A DNA stretch of 64,000 nucleotides from contig JAJFFF010000044.1 of assembly GCA_021776785.1 (NCBI GenBank), forward strand, positions 282,230 to 346,229, given 5' to 3'. This stretch comes from Planctomycetota bacterium. Lineage in GTDB: Bacteria; Planctomycetota; PLA2. This document shows positions 8,144 through 17,068 of the stretch, one piece after another (position 1 is the stretch's first letter; each line of letters begins with the position of its first letter). The position numbers and the translations under genes are program-made. The notes beneath the pieces were generated by a model. The model did not search any database, had not been told where the DNA came from, and was given only the letters and a program-made list of their open reading frames with translations.

Positions 8144-9298
8144 TCAACTCGGCAGTTGCGCCAGAACGCTGGCCGCGCGCGGGCCCAGCCGTGCCGACAC
8201 TTTGCAGGCCGTGTGGATCATGAGCTTATCCACCGAAATCGTGAGCTGGTACGCCCGCTTTCGCATCCCGGGGTTGGAGAGCTTGTTGCACGCGCGATTG
8301 AGGATCGGTCGGACGACCGAGTGCGAGTACGCCACGTCGAGCACGTTCGCGCCCTTTTGCTTGAGCATCTCCAAGGTGTCGCGAAGATCAATCTCGTTGT
8401 CGTGTTCGCTGTGCTCGTATGACTGGAGCAACTTAGCCGTGGCCTTCTTGGCCCGCGATCCGTCGCGAAACAGCTTCGGTGTGTTGATCGGCTCGTGCAG
8501 GCCGACGTAGCCGCCGGGCGCAAGCGTATCGAGACACGCACGCAGACCTGCATCCGGTCGCGGCAAATGATGAAACACACCAAACGCGATCAGCGCGCGG
8601 AACACGCCACTGCGAAACGGAGGGTTTAGCGCGCTCGCCTGGAAGAAGTCGCCGGCGGGCAGCGCCGCCTTCGCCAAGAGGAGGCGGTCCCACGAGATGT
8701 CGAAGCCGACGTAACGATGGCCGTAGCGGTCCGGATTGAAAATCCAAGACGCGGTCCGTGCGTTCCCGCAACCGACCTCGAGCACAAACTCGCCACGGCA
8801 TCGATCGGCAATGTGACGCACGAGATGGCGTTGGCGCGGGAGAAAGATGTTCCAGAGCGGATTGTTGCGGATGTCTTCGAGGACCTGCGCACGCAACTCG
8901 GGCGTGGCAACGTCGCGGTCGTAATACGCCATCTCCTCGCGATTCCATTCGCCGTCGGCGGTGGTCGTCCGGCTCTTGAGCCGGGCGCGGGTCGTATCGA
9001 TCGCACCGCGAAACGGCTCGAAGCACTCCTCGCGCATGGCGTCGAGCATGCCGATGTGGCGATCCGCTTCCGTGTCTAGGTCCGAGAGCATCAGGCCAAC
9101 GCAGTCGACGATGGGGTACGCCGTGCCCGCAGAAAGATTGGCGACCACGCCGCGGACAATCTCATCGTCCTTGCGAAGCTGTTCCTCGGAGAGACCAAGG
9201 AGCGTGGTGTCGTCGCGCCGCACTTCGCACGCGTGCAACCGGAGGGGCCCGGGAGAGCCGTTCGGACACGCCAACAGGCCAAGCGTCGCCTTCTTCAT
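8144..9298 (-). CDS. Class I SAM-dependent methyltransferase with an N-terminal Trm112-like zinc-ribbon domain
   Basis: N-terminal LLACPNGSPGPLRL (Trm112/UPF0434-like CP..G..L motif). The central LEVGCGNARTASW is SAM-binding motif I. Confidence 0.7.
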   Translation of the reverse strand: MKKATLGLLACPNGSPGPLRLHACEVRRDDTTLLGLSEEQLRKDDEIVRGVVANLSAGTAYPIVDCVGLMLSDLDTEADRHIGMLDAMREECFEPFRGAIDTTRARLKSRTTTADGEWNREEMAYYDRDVATPELRAQVLEDIRNNPLWNIFLPRQRHLVRHIADRCRGEFVLEVGCGNARTASWIFNPDRYGHRYVGFDISWDRLLLAKAALPAGDFFQASALNPPFRSGVFRALIAFGVFHHLPRPDAGLRACLDTLAPGGYVGLHEPINTPKLFRDGSRAKKATAKLLQSYEHSEHDNEIDLRDTLEMLKQKGANVLDVAYSHSVVRPILNRACNKLSNPGMRKRAYQLTISVDKLMIHTACKVSARLGPRAASVLAQLPS

Positions 9299-9465
9299 AC
9301 CCTAGTCATCGGCCACACCGTGCCCGCATCCGCAAAGGGACCAAGGTGTGGCGTTTCCTCTCTCCGGCTCCAACACGGCGTCGTCGTCCTTCGGGGTTGA
9401 TCCTCGCGCCGTCCGTAACGCGGGATGACGCCGCAGCGTGTTCGAGAATCGTCTAGGATGCGTGC

Positions 9466-9663
9466 ATGGATAGCCTGCCTACAAAACGCCCCGCCCCCGG
9501 GATGATGGCGGCGATCGCCGGATTCGCCTGCGCACTCGTGGCGGGTATCGCGATCCGCGACTACGCAACGTCGTGGATCGTGCGTCTGATCGTCCCCGTG
9601 ATCGCGGCGCTCGTCGGAATTCTCGTCACGTTCAAGATCATCACGATGCGTCGTTCGAGATAA
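9466..9663 (+). CDS. Small hypothetical membrane protein (65 aa, two hydrophobic segments)
   Basis: ORF MDSLPTKRPAPGMMAAIAGFACALVAGIAI...LIVPVIAALVGILVTFKII sits in an otherwise 430-bp gap. It has no homology support. Confidence 0.3.
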   Translation: MDSLPTKRPAPGMMAAIAGFACALVAGIAIRDYATSWIVRLIVPVIAALVGILVTFKIITMRRSR

Positions 9664-9729
9664 CTCCGCGCAAGACATCGATCCAAACGAGCCGGGTCTT
9701 TCGCGGGTGCGCGAGGACCCCATCGCGCG

Positions 9730-10668
9730 CTAGCCCGTCGTCAGTTCCGGCGGGAGCGAGAATTGGACGCGTTCTTCCGCGACGACGTCGGTTTCGACGG
9801 TCGTGGCGCCCAACTCTCTGAGCTTCTCGACCAACTCCTGTACGAGTTGTTCCGGTGCGGATGCTCCGGCCGTGACGCCGACCGCTTTCGCGCCGCTCAC
9901 CCAGGTCGGATCGAGATCGGTGGCTGATTGCAGCAAGTACGAATCGCATCCCGCTTGGCGCGCGACCTCAACAAGCCGGTTCGAGTTCGAGCTGTTTGGT
10001 GCACCGAGCACCAAGATGACCGAGCACTGCTTGAGCAAACTCTTCACCGCGTTTTGGCGGTTCTGCGTCGCGTAGCAAATGTCTTCTTGGCGCGGCGCTT
10101 TGATCCCCGGATACTTCGCCTGGAGCGCTTCCACGATCTGGGCCGTGTCGTCCATCGACAGCGTCGTCTGCGTGACGAATGCAATGTCTAGATTGGCGTC
10201 GAGTTCCAAGGTTTCGACGTCCTCGACCGTTTCAACGAGCGTCATCGTGCCCTCGGGCACCTGGCCGAGCGTTCCCTCGACCTCGGGGTGTCCCGCGTGA
10301 CCGATCAGGATCAGGTGGCGACCGCGGCGCGCCATGCCCGACGCCTCGCGGTGGACTTTCGTCACCAACGGGCATGTCGCGTCGATGTGATGCAGCCCGC
10401 GCCGTTGCGCTTCGTCCACAACGCCCTGCGCGACACCGTGCGCCGAGAAGATCACAACGGCATCCTCCGGGACCTCGTCGAGCTCTTCGACAAAGACCGC
10501 ACCCTTCGCGCGCAAGCCGTCCACAACGTGCCGGTTGTGCACGATTTCATGGCGCACATAAATGGGCGCGCCGTACTTTTGTAGCGCCAATTCGACGATG
10601 TCGATCGCGCGGTCCACGCCGGCGCAAAAACCGCGCGGCTGGGCGAGAATCACTCGAAAGGCACTCAT
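9730..10668 (-). CDS. ispH: 4-hydroxy-3-methylbut-2-enyl diphosphate reductase IspH (LytB)
   Basis: [26 protein letters not shown]...[10 protein letters not shown]...AHGVAQ are conserved LytB blocks including the three Fe-S Cys. The start was chosen at the internal Met (10668); the track ORF starts at 10683. Confidence 0.9.
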   Translation of the reverse strand: MSAFRVILAQPRGFCAGVDRAIDIVELALQKYGAPIYVRHEIVHNRHVVDGLRAKGAVFVEELDEVPEDAVVIFSAHGVAQGVVDEAQRRGLHHIDATCPLVTKVHREASGMARRGRHLILIGHAGHPEVEGTLGQVPEGTMTLVETVEDVETLELDANLDIAFVTQTTLSMDDTAQIVEALQAKYPGIKAPRQEDICYATQNRQNAVKSLLKQCSVILVLGAPNSSNSNRLVEVARQAGCDSYLLQSATDLDPTWVSGAKAVGVTAGASAPEQLVQELVEKLRELGATTVETDVVAEERVQFSLPPELTTG

Positions 10669-10686
10669 GGTAGGCTTGCCCATTGT

Positions 10687-11895
10687 ATGGGCCGGACCAA
10701 CTTCGCTCTCTTCGCAATTCTGGTCGCTGCGGCGACGTCACTGGCCGCACCGGAGTCGGAGCCTTGGCAGGCTAACGTCCGTCGCTGGCCCCACGCGCGC
10801 GGCACGGCATCGAAGGCGGGACTGTCCCAGGCCGCCTCCTCCGAGGGACTCGAAGCGTGGCTGTGGCATTACACCGCAAGGTCCACGATTCAGACGACGC
10901 CGCTCGTTTGGGACGACCTGTGTTTTCTTCTCGATGGAGACACGATCGTCGTCTTATCCGTGGACGACGGCTCCGTGATCGCGCGCGCGAAAACAAAAGG
11001 CGTCGCATCCGGGACCGAGCCCGCGCTCCACGCACGCGCGATCTTTGTGCTCGAGGGCCAAAAGCTCGCGCAGTATCAACTGCGTGCCGACAAGTTGGAA
11101 CGACGCTGGACCATCGATGTCGGCGCTGCGCCGACGAGTCCGGCGATCGCCCGTGGCGAGATTTACCTGACCGGCGGCGGCGCGCTGCAACGCTTGCGCG
11201 CCGCGGTTCCCGCACCGCTTTGGAAAGTCGATGGCGCGTGGACCGGTGAGGTGGCGGTGCTGGGGCAACACGTGTACGCGCTGCGTCGCCAGGGCCGCAG
11301 CGTCGAGCTTGTCGCACTCAAACGCACGGACGGATCGGTCGTCACCTCGATCAAGGTCGGCTCCGGCACGGGCCTGCGCGTGGCGCTTTCGAACAAAAAC
11401 GTCGCGGTCGAGCTGGAGCGCGGGCGCTGGTCGTTGCTGCAGCGCGAAGGCAAAAAGGACGGAGCCGTCACGCTCAAGGCGGGGCGCGAGGTCTCGCTCC
11501 ATACCGCACCGCTCGTCGGCGGACGCGCGTTCCTTTGTCGTCGCGTCGGCAAGAAGGAACACTTCTGGTCGATCCTCCGCGCTACGAGTCGCGGCAAACG
11601 CACCGATCTCGTGTCCGCGGGCGAACGCGGCGACCTCTTCACGGGCGAGCCCCCGCCGGTGGGCCTCAGCGGAGGCACCATCACATTCGGCGCCTGGTGC
11701 TATGACCTAAACATCAACCGCATTCTGTGGAACGTCCGCGAAACGCAGTCCATCGCCGCCAAGGGCCCCTCGCCCAAAGCGTTCGCGGCGGGCACAAAAT
11801 TCGGCGTCGCGCCGGCGGATCATCGCCGCGTCATCTTAGTAAGCCTCGACGGCAAGCTCGTCTCCCTCCTCGGCACGAAGGAATCCGACTCATGA
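10687..11895 (+). CDS. Secreted beta-propeller repeat protein (PQQ/BamB-like)
   Basis: Signal peptide [23 protein letters not shown], followed by repeated beta-strand-rich units. The stop overlaps the next ATG (ATGA at 11892-11895). Confidence 0.45.
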   Translation: MGRTNFALFAILVAAATSLAAPESEPWQANVRRWPHARGTASKAGLSQAASSEGLEAWLWHYTARSTIQTTPLVWDDLCFLLDGDTIVVLSVDDGSVIARAKTKGVASGTEPALHARAIFVLEGQKLAQYQLRADKLERRWTIDVGAAPTSPAIARGEIYLTGGGALQRLRAAVPAPLWKVDGAWTGEVAVLGQHVYALRRQGRSVELVALKRTDGSVVTSIKVGSGTGLRVALSNKNVAVELERGRWSLLQREGKKDGAVTLKAGREVSLHTAPLVGGRAFLCRRVGKKEHFWSILRATSRGKRTDLVSAGERGDLFTGEPPPVGLSGGTITFGAWCYDLNINRILWNVRETQSIAAKGPSPKAFAAGTKFGVAPADHRRVILVSLDGKLVSLLGTKESDS

Positions 11896-13547
11896 TTCGT
11901 TTGGTCGTTGTTGTTGCCGCTGCCCTGACGACAGCCCTGCTGACCGCTACGCTGGCCAGCGCCGACACCGTTGTACTCCGCGACCGCACGGTCCTCGACG
12001 GCTCCGTGTCCAAGAGCGGCGAATCGATCACGGTGGCCGGGAAGAAGTTTGCGAAGACGAACGTGTTGTTGTGGGAAGACGGGGACGGCGTCGCGCAGTA
12101 CAGCGCGTCGTTTCGCGACCATCTCGACGGGTGTTACGCGCTGGCGAACCGGGAGCGGCTGAAGCTGTGCCTCGCCGCGCTTCCGCAAGCGATCGCCAGC
12201 GGCGCCGGCGCCCACGCATGGGAACTGCTCGCCGCCGCTGCCGACAGCGGCCTCGATGCCGCCGACGAGAAAACGTGGCGGGCCAAGATCGGCAAGCTCA
12301 AGCCCGGAACCGGTGACTTCAAGATTCCGGGGCAAGACGTGCTCGCTGGCGTTTTGGCGAAGCGTGCGCTCGCTGCCGCTGACGACGATCAAGAAAAGCG
12401 CTCGTGGCTGCTCCTGCGCGCGGCGTTGCAAACCGGCGTTGAAAACGAAGACGCGCAGGACCTGCTTGACGAAGTCGCGCCGGCCAACTGGCGCGTTGGC
12501 AAGCCGTACAACCGTCGCATCTGGCTCGATTGGCACTGCGATGTCATTCAGGATGGAATGCGCGCGGTCGGACGCAACCAACCAGACATTCAGCGCGCGC
12601 GCGGATTGTGGCGCGACGAAAACGGAGAAACGGTCAAACTCTGGGGCGCGCAAACCCAAGAGATCACGTTCATCACACGGATGAGCGAGTCCAACATCGT
12701 GAGTATGTGTACGAAGTACGCATGGCTGTCGTGCAAGTCGTTGGACCAGATGTTTAAGACCGACAACCCGCAGCGCGACGACAATGACCCGCTCGTCATC
12801 TGGTTCTTCGAGAACCGCGGCGAGTACTTGCGTGTGCACACGGGCGCGTCGGACGGCGGCGGCAACTTCCTCGCCATGTCGGCTGGGTTTTATTCGCCGT
12901 CGAGCAACACCTCGAACTTCTTCTGGTTGCCCGGGCGCGTCCGCTCGGTGCGCAACACGTTTGTCCACGAACTCACGCACCACTGGGTCGATCGCCGCAA
13001 CCCGCGCGCAAATCCGAAGGACCTCGCCGTCGGAGGCGAGCGCTCGGTCGTGCCGGGATTTTGGATCGTCGAGGGCTTCGCCACGTTCATCGAGGAAGGG
13101 CACTACGACATTCGATCGGGCAACTGGTCGCACTTCAATCCGAAGGCGAGCGCCATCGACATCATCGCCGACCTTTCGAAGCAAAAAAAGGTGCTCGACT
13201 GGGCGAACCTGCTCTCGCTGACGCAGGTCGACTTTCGCAATCCAGAGAAGCTGGAACAAAAGAAACGTCACGCGGTCATCAAGAAGAAGTGGGCGCTCCG
13301 ACCGCAACCCATCGTCGCCATCCGGTTGTTTTACGAACAGTCCGCGGCGACGTGCCACTACTTGTATTGGGCCGAGAACGGCAAGTATCGCCAGGCTCTG
13401 CTCGACTATGTGACGAACTTCTACTGCGCCCGCACCGAGAAGACAGACATCAAGAACGCGTTCGGCCTTACGCCGGAGCAGCTCGGCGCCAACGTCGAGA
13501 AGTTCTGCATCGATGTCATGAACGGCTGGCACCCGCCGAAAGAATAG
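11892..13547 (+). CDS. Secreted putative zinc metallopeptidase (HExxH)
   Basis: Signal-peptide-like [24 protein letters not shown]. The motif FVHELTHHW (HExxH) is followed by a downstream EGFATFIEEG (possible third ligand). The track ORF starts at 11727, but the coupled ATG at 11892 is preferred. Confidence 0.55.
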   Translation: MIRLVVVVAAALTTALLTATLASADTVVLRDRTVLDGSVSKSGESITVAGKKFAKTNVLLWEDGDGVAQYSASFRDHLDGCYALANRERLKLCLAALPQAIASGAGAHAWELLAAAADSGLDAADEKTWRAKIGKLKPGTGDFKIPGQDVLAGVLAKRALAAADDDQEKRSWLLLRAALQTGVENEDAQDLLDEVAPANWRVGKPYNRRIWLDWHCDVIQDGMRAVGRNQPDIQRARGLWRDENGETVKLWGAQTQEITFITRMSESNIVSMCTKYAWLSCKSLDQMFKTDNPQRDDNDPLVIWFFENRGEYLRVHTGASDGGGNFLAMSAGFYSPSSNTSNFFWLPGRVRSVRNTFVHELTHHWVDRRNPRANPKDLAVGGERSVVPGFWIVEGFATFIEEGHYDIRSGNWSHFNPKASAIDIIADLSKQKKVLDWANLLSLTQVDFRNPEKLEQKKRHAVIKKKWALRPQPIVAIRLFYEQSAATCHYLYWAENGKYRQALLDYVTNFYCARTEKTDIKNAFGLTPEQLGANVEKFCIDVMNGWHPPKE

Positions 13548-13561
13548 GCGAGCGCCATCCG

Positions 13562-13597
13562 CGCCCACGCTCGTCGAACTACGACGGGCGTTTTTTA
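13562..13597. terminator. Hairpin plus T-run, a putative bidirectional terminator between convergent genes
   Basis: cgcccacgctcgtcgaactacgacgggcg followed by tttttt. It overlaps the stop of the minus-strand regulator. Confidence 0.35.
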
Positions 13598-14073
13598 CTC
13601 AGCACAATGCCGCCGCTCGCGGACTCCATCTGCGAGATGGAATCTTTGTGTTGGCCGATCTGCTCCAGCAAGTAGTTGCGCTCGGCAACGAGCTGTTGAT
13701 GGCCGATCGCTTGCCGCACGGTCATGCGTAGCTCATCCTCGTCCCACGGCTTGAGGATAAACCGGTACACGGAACCGGACGTGACGGCGTCGAGCACGGC
13801 GGTCACATCGGGTTTGCCCGTGAGAATGACGCGCGTGATGCCCTCGTCGATCTCGCGCACCTTCGCCAGGAACTGCGGACCCAACATTTCGGGCATGTAG
13901 AAGTCGCTCACGACCGCGCTCGGCGGGTCCGAGCGAATCTCTTCGAGCGCCTCAAGCGGGTTCTCGCAGATCCGCACTTCGTAGGGCTCGTCCGCGAGCA
14001 AGCGCCGCAGCGCGACAAGAAGGTTCCTCTCGTCGTCGACGAAAAGAACGGAGTGGCTGGAGTAATCGATCAT
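13579..14073 (-). CDS. Single-domain response regulator (CheY-like receiver)
   Basis: VLFVDDERNLL...VVSDFYMPEMLG...RFILKPWDEDEL is a receiver-domain pattern with the phospho-acceptor Asp. Confidence 0.8.
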   Translation of the reverse strand: MIDYSSHSVLFVDDERNLLVALRRLLADEPYEVRICENPLEALEEIRSDPPSAVVSDFYMPEMLGPQFLAKVREIDEGITRVILTGKPDVTAVLDAVTSGSVYRFILKPWDEDELRMTVRQAIGHQQLVAERNYLLEQIGQHKDSISQMESASGGIVLSKKRPS

Positions 14074-14085
14074 AGTTTGTCTCGT

Positions 14086-14913
14086 TTAAGGGGTGACGGA
14101 CCACGAAAAGGCCGGCCTTAGTTTGCGCGGGTCCAAGTCGATGGCGTCGCCGTCGGGCGTAAAGATGATGGCGCCGATCGGCTCTCCGTCGATCACCATC
14201 GGCATCACGTGGTCGCCGTAGTTTTCGGTCCGCTGCGCGCGCCGCAGGGCGCCGCTGAGTTCCGGTTCGAAAAGCGACGGCGCGGGATTATCGACGAGCG
14301 GAAGATCCGGGTCGTCCAAGATGTCGCGCGCTTGCGCGTTAGCAAACACAACAACTCGCGCCGAGTTGACACCGATCACCGGCATCGGCAAAAGCTCCAG
14401 GATGACGCGTGCAAATCGCAGGCAACGATTGCTCTCCGTCAGTTCGCGCGTGCGCTGCAGAACTTTCTGCTCGAGCTCCACATTGAATCCGCGGAGTTCT
14501 TCGGCAAGGCGCCGGTTCTCCACGTTGACCTGTTGATGCTGGAGCGCCTTGTCCACGATGTCGCGCAGCTCTTTGTCGTTCCACGGCTTCGGGATGAAGC
14601 GATAGATTTCGCCTTCGTTGAGCGCGGTCACGATCAAGTTGATGTCGGCGAATCCACTCAACACAATCCGCATCGATTCGGGTTGGATAGATTTCACCTG
14701 CGACAGGAACTGGACGCCATCCATCACGGGCATCCGAAAGTCCGAGAGGACGACGTTAACATCGTGCTCCCTGACAACCTCAAGCCCCTCTTCGCCGCTA
14801 CCCGCGATGAGCAGCTCCACGGACTCGTCCAAAAAGACGCGCCGTAGGGCCTTAAGAATCGAAGGCTCGTCGTCCACACAAAGGACGACGGGCATGCGAT
14901 CACTCTGACTCAT
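14086..14913 (-). CDS. Response regulator with receiver domain plus a C-terminal PAS-like domain
   Basis: VVLCVDDEPSILKAL...VLSDFRMPVMDG...RFIPKPWNDKEL forms the receiver. The C-terminal ~120 aa have no DNA-binding motif and are PAS-like. Confidence 0.7.
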   Translation of the reverse strand: MSQSDRMPVVLCVDDEPSILKALRRVFLDESVELLIAGSGEEGLEVVREHDVNVVLSDFRMPVMDGVQFLSQVKSIQPESMRIVLSGFADINLIVTALNEGEIYRFIPKPWNDKELRDIVDKALQHQQVNVENRRLAEELRGFNVELEQKVLQRTRELTESNRCLRFARVILELLPMPVIGVNSARVVVFANAQARDILDDPDLPLVDNPAPSLFEPELSGALRRAQRTENYGDHVMPMVIDGEPIGAIIFTPDGDAIDLDPRKLRPAFSWSVTP

Positions 14914-16360
14914 GACACCCGTTCACCGGTAGCCGGACGGTAAAACATGTGCCGGCGCCAGGCTCACTCTCAACGGTGAAATCGCCGTTGTGATTGCGCA
15001 CGATGTCGTAGGAAAGGCTCAGGCCCAGGCCGGTTCCTTGCCCCACTTCTTTCGTCGTGAAGAAAGGATCAAAAATGCGTGAGAGCGCGTCGGGCGGCAC
15101 ACCGCAGCCATCGTCTCTTACCGAGACGTAAACGTATTCGTCTTCGCACCACGTGCGCAGATGAATGTGGCCGGACTCGTCGATCGCTTGCGCCGCGTTC
15201 ACGAGCAAGTTCATCAGCACCTGGTTGATCTGCCCCGGCATGCAATGCACTTCGGGGATCTCGCCATAGTCGGCCGTAACCTCGGCTTTGTACTTGATCT
15301 CGTTGTGAACGATGTTCAGTGTCGACCGAAGGCCCTCGTTAATGTCAGCGAAGCGGGCCTCGTTCTCGGTCGGGTGCGAGAACCCTTTCAGGTCCATCAC
15401 GATCTTGCGTACCCGTTCCGTGCCTTCCAACGACTCGTCCACGAGCGCCGGCAGATCATCGAGAACGAACTCGATTTTCAGTTCCTTCTTCAAAGCACTC
15501 AGCTCTTCATCCGCGGGATCGACGCGTTGCTCGTAGGCGTCCGTGAGCGTGTTGATCTTTTCGACGTACCGCTGCAATGTGCCGAGATTGGAATGCACAA
15601 ACCCAATCGGGTTGTTGAGCTCGTGCGCAACACCCGCTGCCAACTGTCCGATCGACGCCATCTTCTCGGTTTGCAAAAGGCGACTCTGCGCCGCTTCCAG
15701 CTCGCGCAACGCAGCCTCAAGCTCGGTGTTTTTCTTTTCCTGTTCGGCAGCGCGGTGCGCAAGGTCGCGCGTGCGATCGCGCACCGTCTCCTCCAACTCG
15801 CGGTTGTTGGCGGCTAGCTGCATAAGAAGCTGCATGTTCTCGCGGCGGCGTTGGCCTTCTTTGCTGTGCGAAATCCAAGCTGTCAGTGCGCGGCGCACGC
15901 GTTGGGCAAACTGAAACTCCGTGAACGGCTTGGCGAGATAGTCCCAGCGATCAAGAAGCTCGCCCGGGATCCGCCCCTGAATGCGCTGTTCGACAAGGTG
16001 CCCTTCCCCCGTCATCAGCGTCACTTGAATGTCGGGGTCGATCGCCCACAGGCGTTCGATCGTTTCGATGCCGTCTGGTGCCTTGGGGAAAACCATGTCA
16101 ACCATGACCGCGGCGAGACGCTCGCCGCGCTCGGTCAACTCCTGCAGTTTCGCAATCGCCTGTTCGCCCGACTCCGCGACGTGAATCTCAGGAGCGTGAA
16201 CGGCGAGCGATTCATCGGCGTGCTCCAAGTACAAACGACACAACCGTCGAATGCTCTCTTCGTCGTCCACGATCAGAACGTGTAGTGTTTCGCCCGTCGG
16301 TTGAGTTCCCTCAAGATCACCGGGCAACACGTCCCGCAACTCGTCCAGTGCGGTCGTCAT
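14900..16360 (-). CDS. Hybrid histidine kinase (N-terminal receiver, HisKA, HATPase_c). No TM or sensor domain, so probably cytoplasmic.
   Basis: LHVLIVDDEESIRRL (receiver), VAHELNNPIGFVHSNL (H-box), GQGTGLGLSLSYDIVRNHNGDF (G2 box). Confidence 0.85.
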   Translation of the reverse strand: MTTALDELRDVLPGDLEGTQPTGETLHVLIVDDEESIRRLCRLYLEHADESLAVHAPEIHVAESGEQAIAKLQELTERGERLAAVMVDMVFPKAPDGIETIERLWAIDPDIQVTLMTGEGHLVEQRIQGRIPGELLDRWDYLAKPFTEFQFAQRVRRALTAWISHSKEGQRRRENMQLLMQLAANNRELEETVRDRTRDLAHRAAEQEKKNTELEAALRELEAAQSRLLQTEKMASIGQLAAGVAHELNNPIGFVHSNLGTLQRYVEKINTLTDAYEQRVDPADEELSALKKELKIEFVLDDLPALVDESLEGTERVRKIVMDLKGFSHPTENEARFADINEGLRSTLNIVHNEIKYKAEVTADYGEIPEVHCMPGQINQVLMNLLVNAAQAIDESGHIHLRTWCEDEYVYVSVRDDGCGVPPDALSRIFDPFFTTKEVGQGTGLGLSLSYDIVRNHNGDFTVESEPGAGTCFTVRLPVNGCHESE

Positions 16361-16407
16361 CTTTTCCCCTTTTCATTTCCCCTATCGGCCTGAAACGCCG
16401 AAAGCTT

Positions 16408-16890
16408 ATGCAGGGGATGCGCGTTGCAGCGAGGTTGTTGTCGCGCCGAAATGATGAAGGAACGCACATGACAAACGACACGCGAACGAACCCGGAAAAA
16501 CATTCCGGTAAGGATTCCGTGGAAGTCCCGCACATTCTGGTTGTCGATGATGAGGCCAACTTCGCGCGGCGACTCGCGATGGCCTTTACCGACGCGGGTT
16601 TTCATGCAGAGGCTTGCTACGACGGCGCCGCAGCGATGAAGGCGATGGAGAAAACGTTACCCGATCTCATTGTGTTGGACGTGCGCATGCCGGGCATGGA
16701 CGGATTACAGTGCTTGCGCACGATGCACGCGGACCGAGAAAACAAAACACCGCCGGTGATCTTGTTAACGGGCGACGTTAGCCCGCGCGTCGATGCGGCG
16801 GCGCTGATTTATCCCGGGAGCTGCGTACTCAGCAAACCGTGCTCCTACGACTCGGTCGTGAGCCTGGCCGCGCGTCTGCTCCGCCACTAG
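16408..16890 (+). CDS. Single-domain response regulator, divergent from the hybrid kinase
   Basis: HILVVDDEANFARRLAMAF...LIVLDVRMPGMDG...VILLTG. The start is ambiguous (ATG at 16408 or 16468; the track gives 16285, which would overlap the kinase gene). Confidence 0.7.
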   Translation: MQGMRVAARLLSRRNDEGTHMTNDTRTNPEKHSGKDSVEVPHILVVDDEANFARRLAMAFTDAGFHAEACYDGAAAMKAMEKTLPDLIVLDVRMPGMDGLQCLRTMHADRENKTPPVILLTGDVSPRVDAAALIYPGSCVLSKPCSYDSVVSLAARLLRH

Positions 16891-17013
16891 AGGCTGGACT
16901 CCCAAACAGCTCGTGGGTCGAGCCTAGCGTCGTGGCGTGACGCGCGCCGACGCACAGCGGCTTCTGCAGCTGGGAGCCCGTTTCTCCCTTGTGAAACCGG
17001 CTCGATCAAGCAC

Positions 17014-17047
17014 GAAAAAAAGGCGCGACCCCGCGGGGCCGCGCCTT
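17014..17047 (-). terminator. Rho-independent terminator for the BNR lipoprotein gene
   Basis: On the minus strand, aaggcgcggccccgcggggtcgcgcctt is followed by a T7 run. It lies between convergent genes. Confidence 0.5.
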
Positions 17048-17068
17048 GTCGTCAACCTTTAGCGCTTG

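Noticed and set aside
9295-9723. 142-aa minus-strand ORF in the methyltransferase-ispH spacer
   Set aside because: Arg/Asp/His-rich with no motif. It is antisense to the more protein-like 65-aa membrane ORF, which itself is only weakly supported.
11820-13568. 582-aa minus-strand ORF antisense to the HExxH protease gene
   Set aside because: Arg/Ala/Gly-rich low-complexity translation typical of antisense frames in high-GC DNA. The sense-strand gene has a signal peptide, an HExxH motif and operon coupling.
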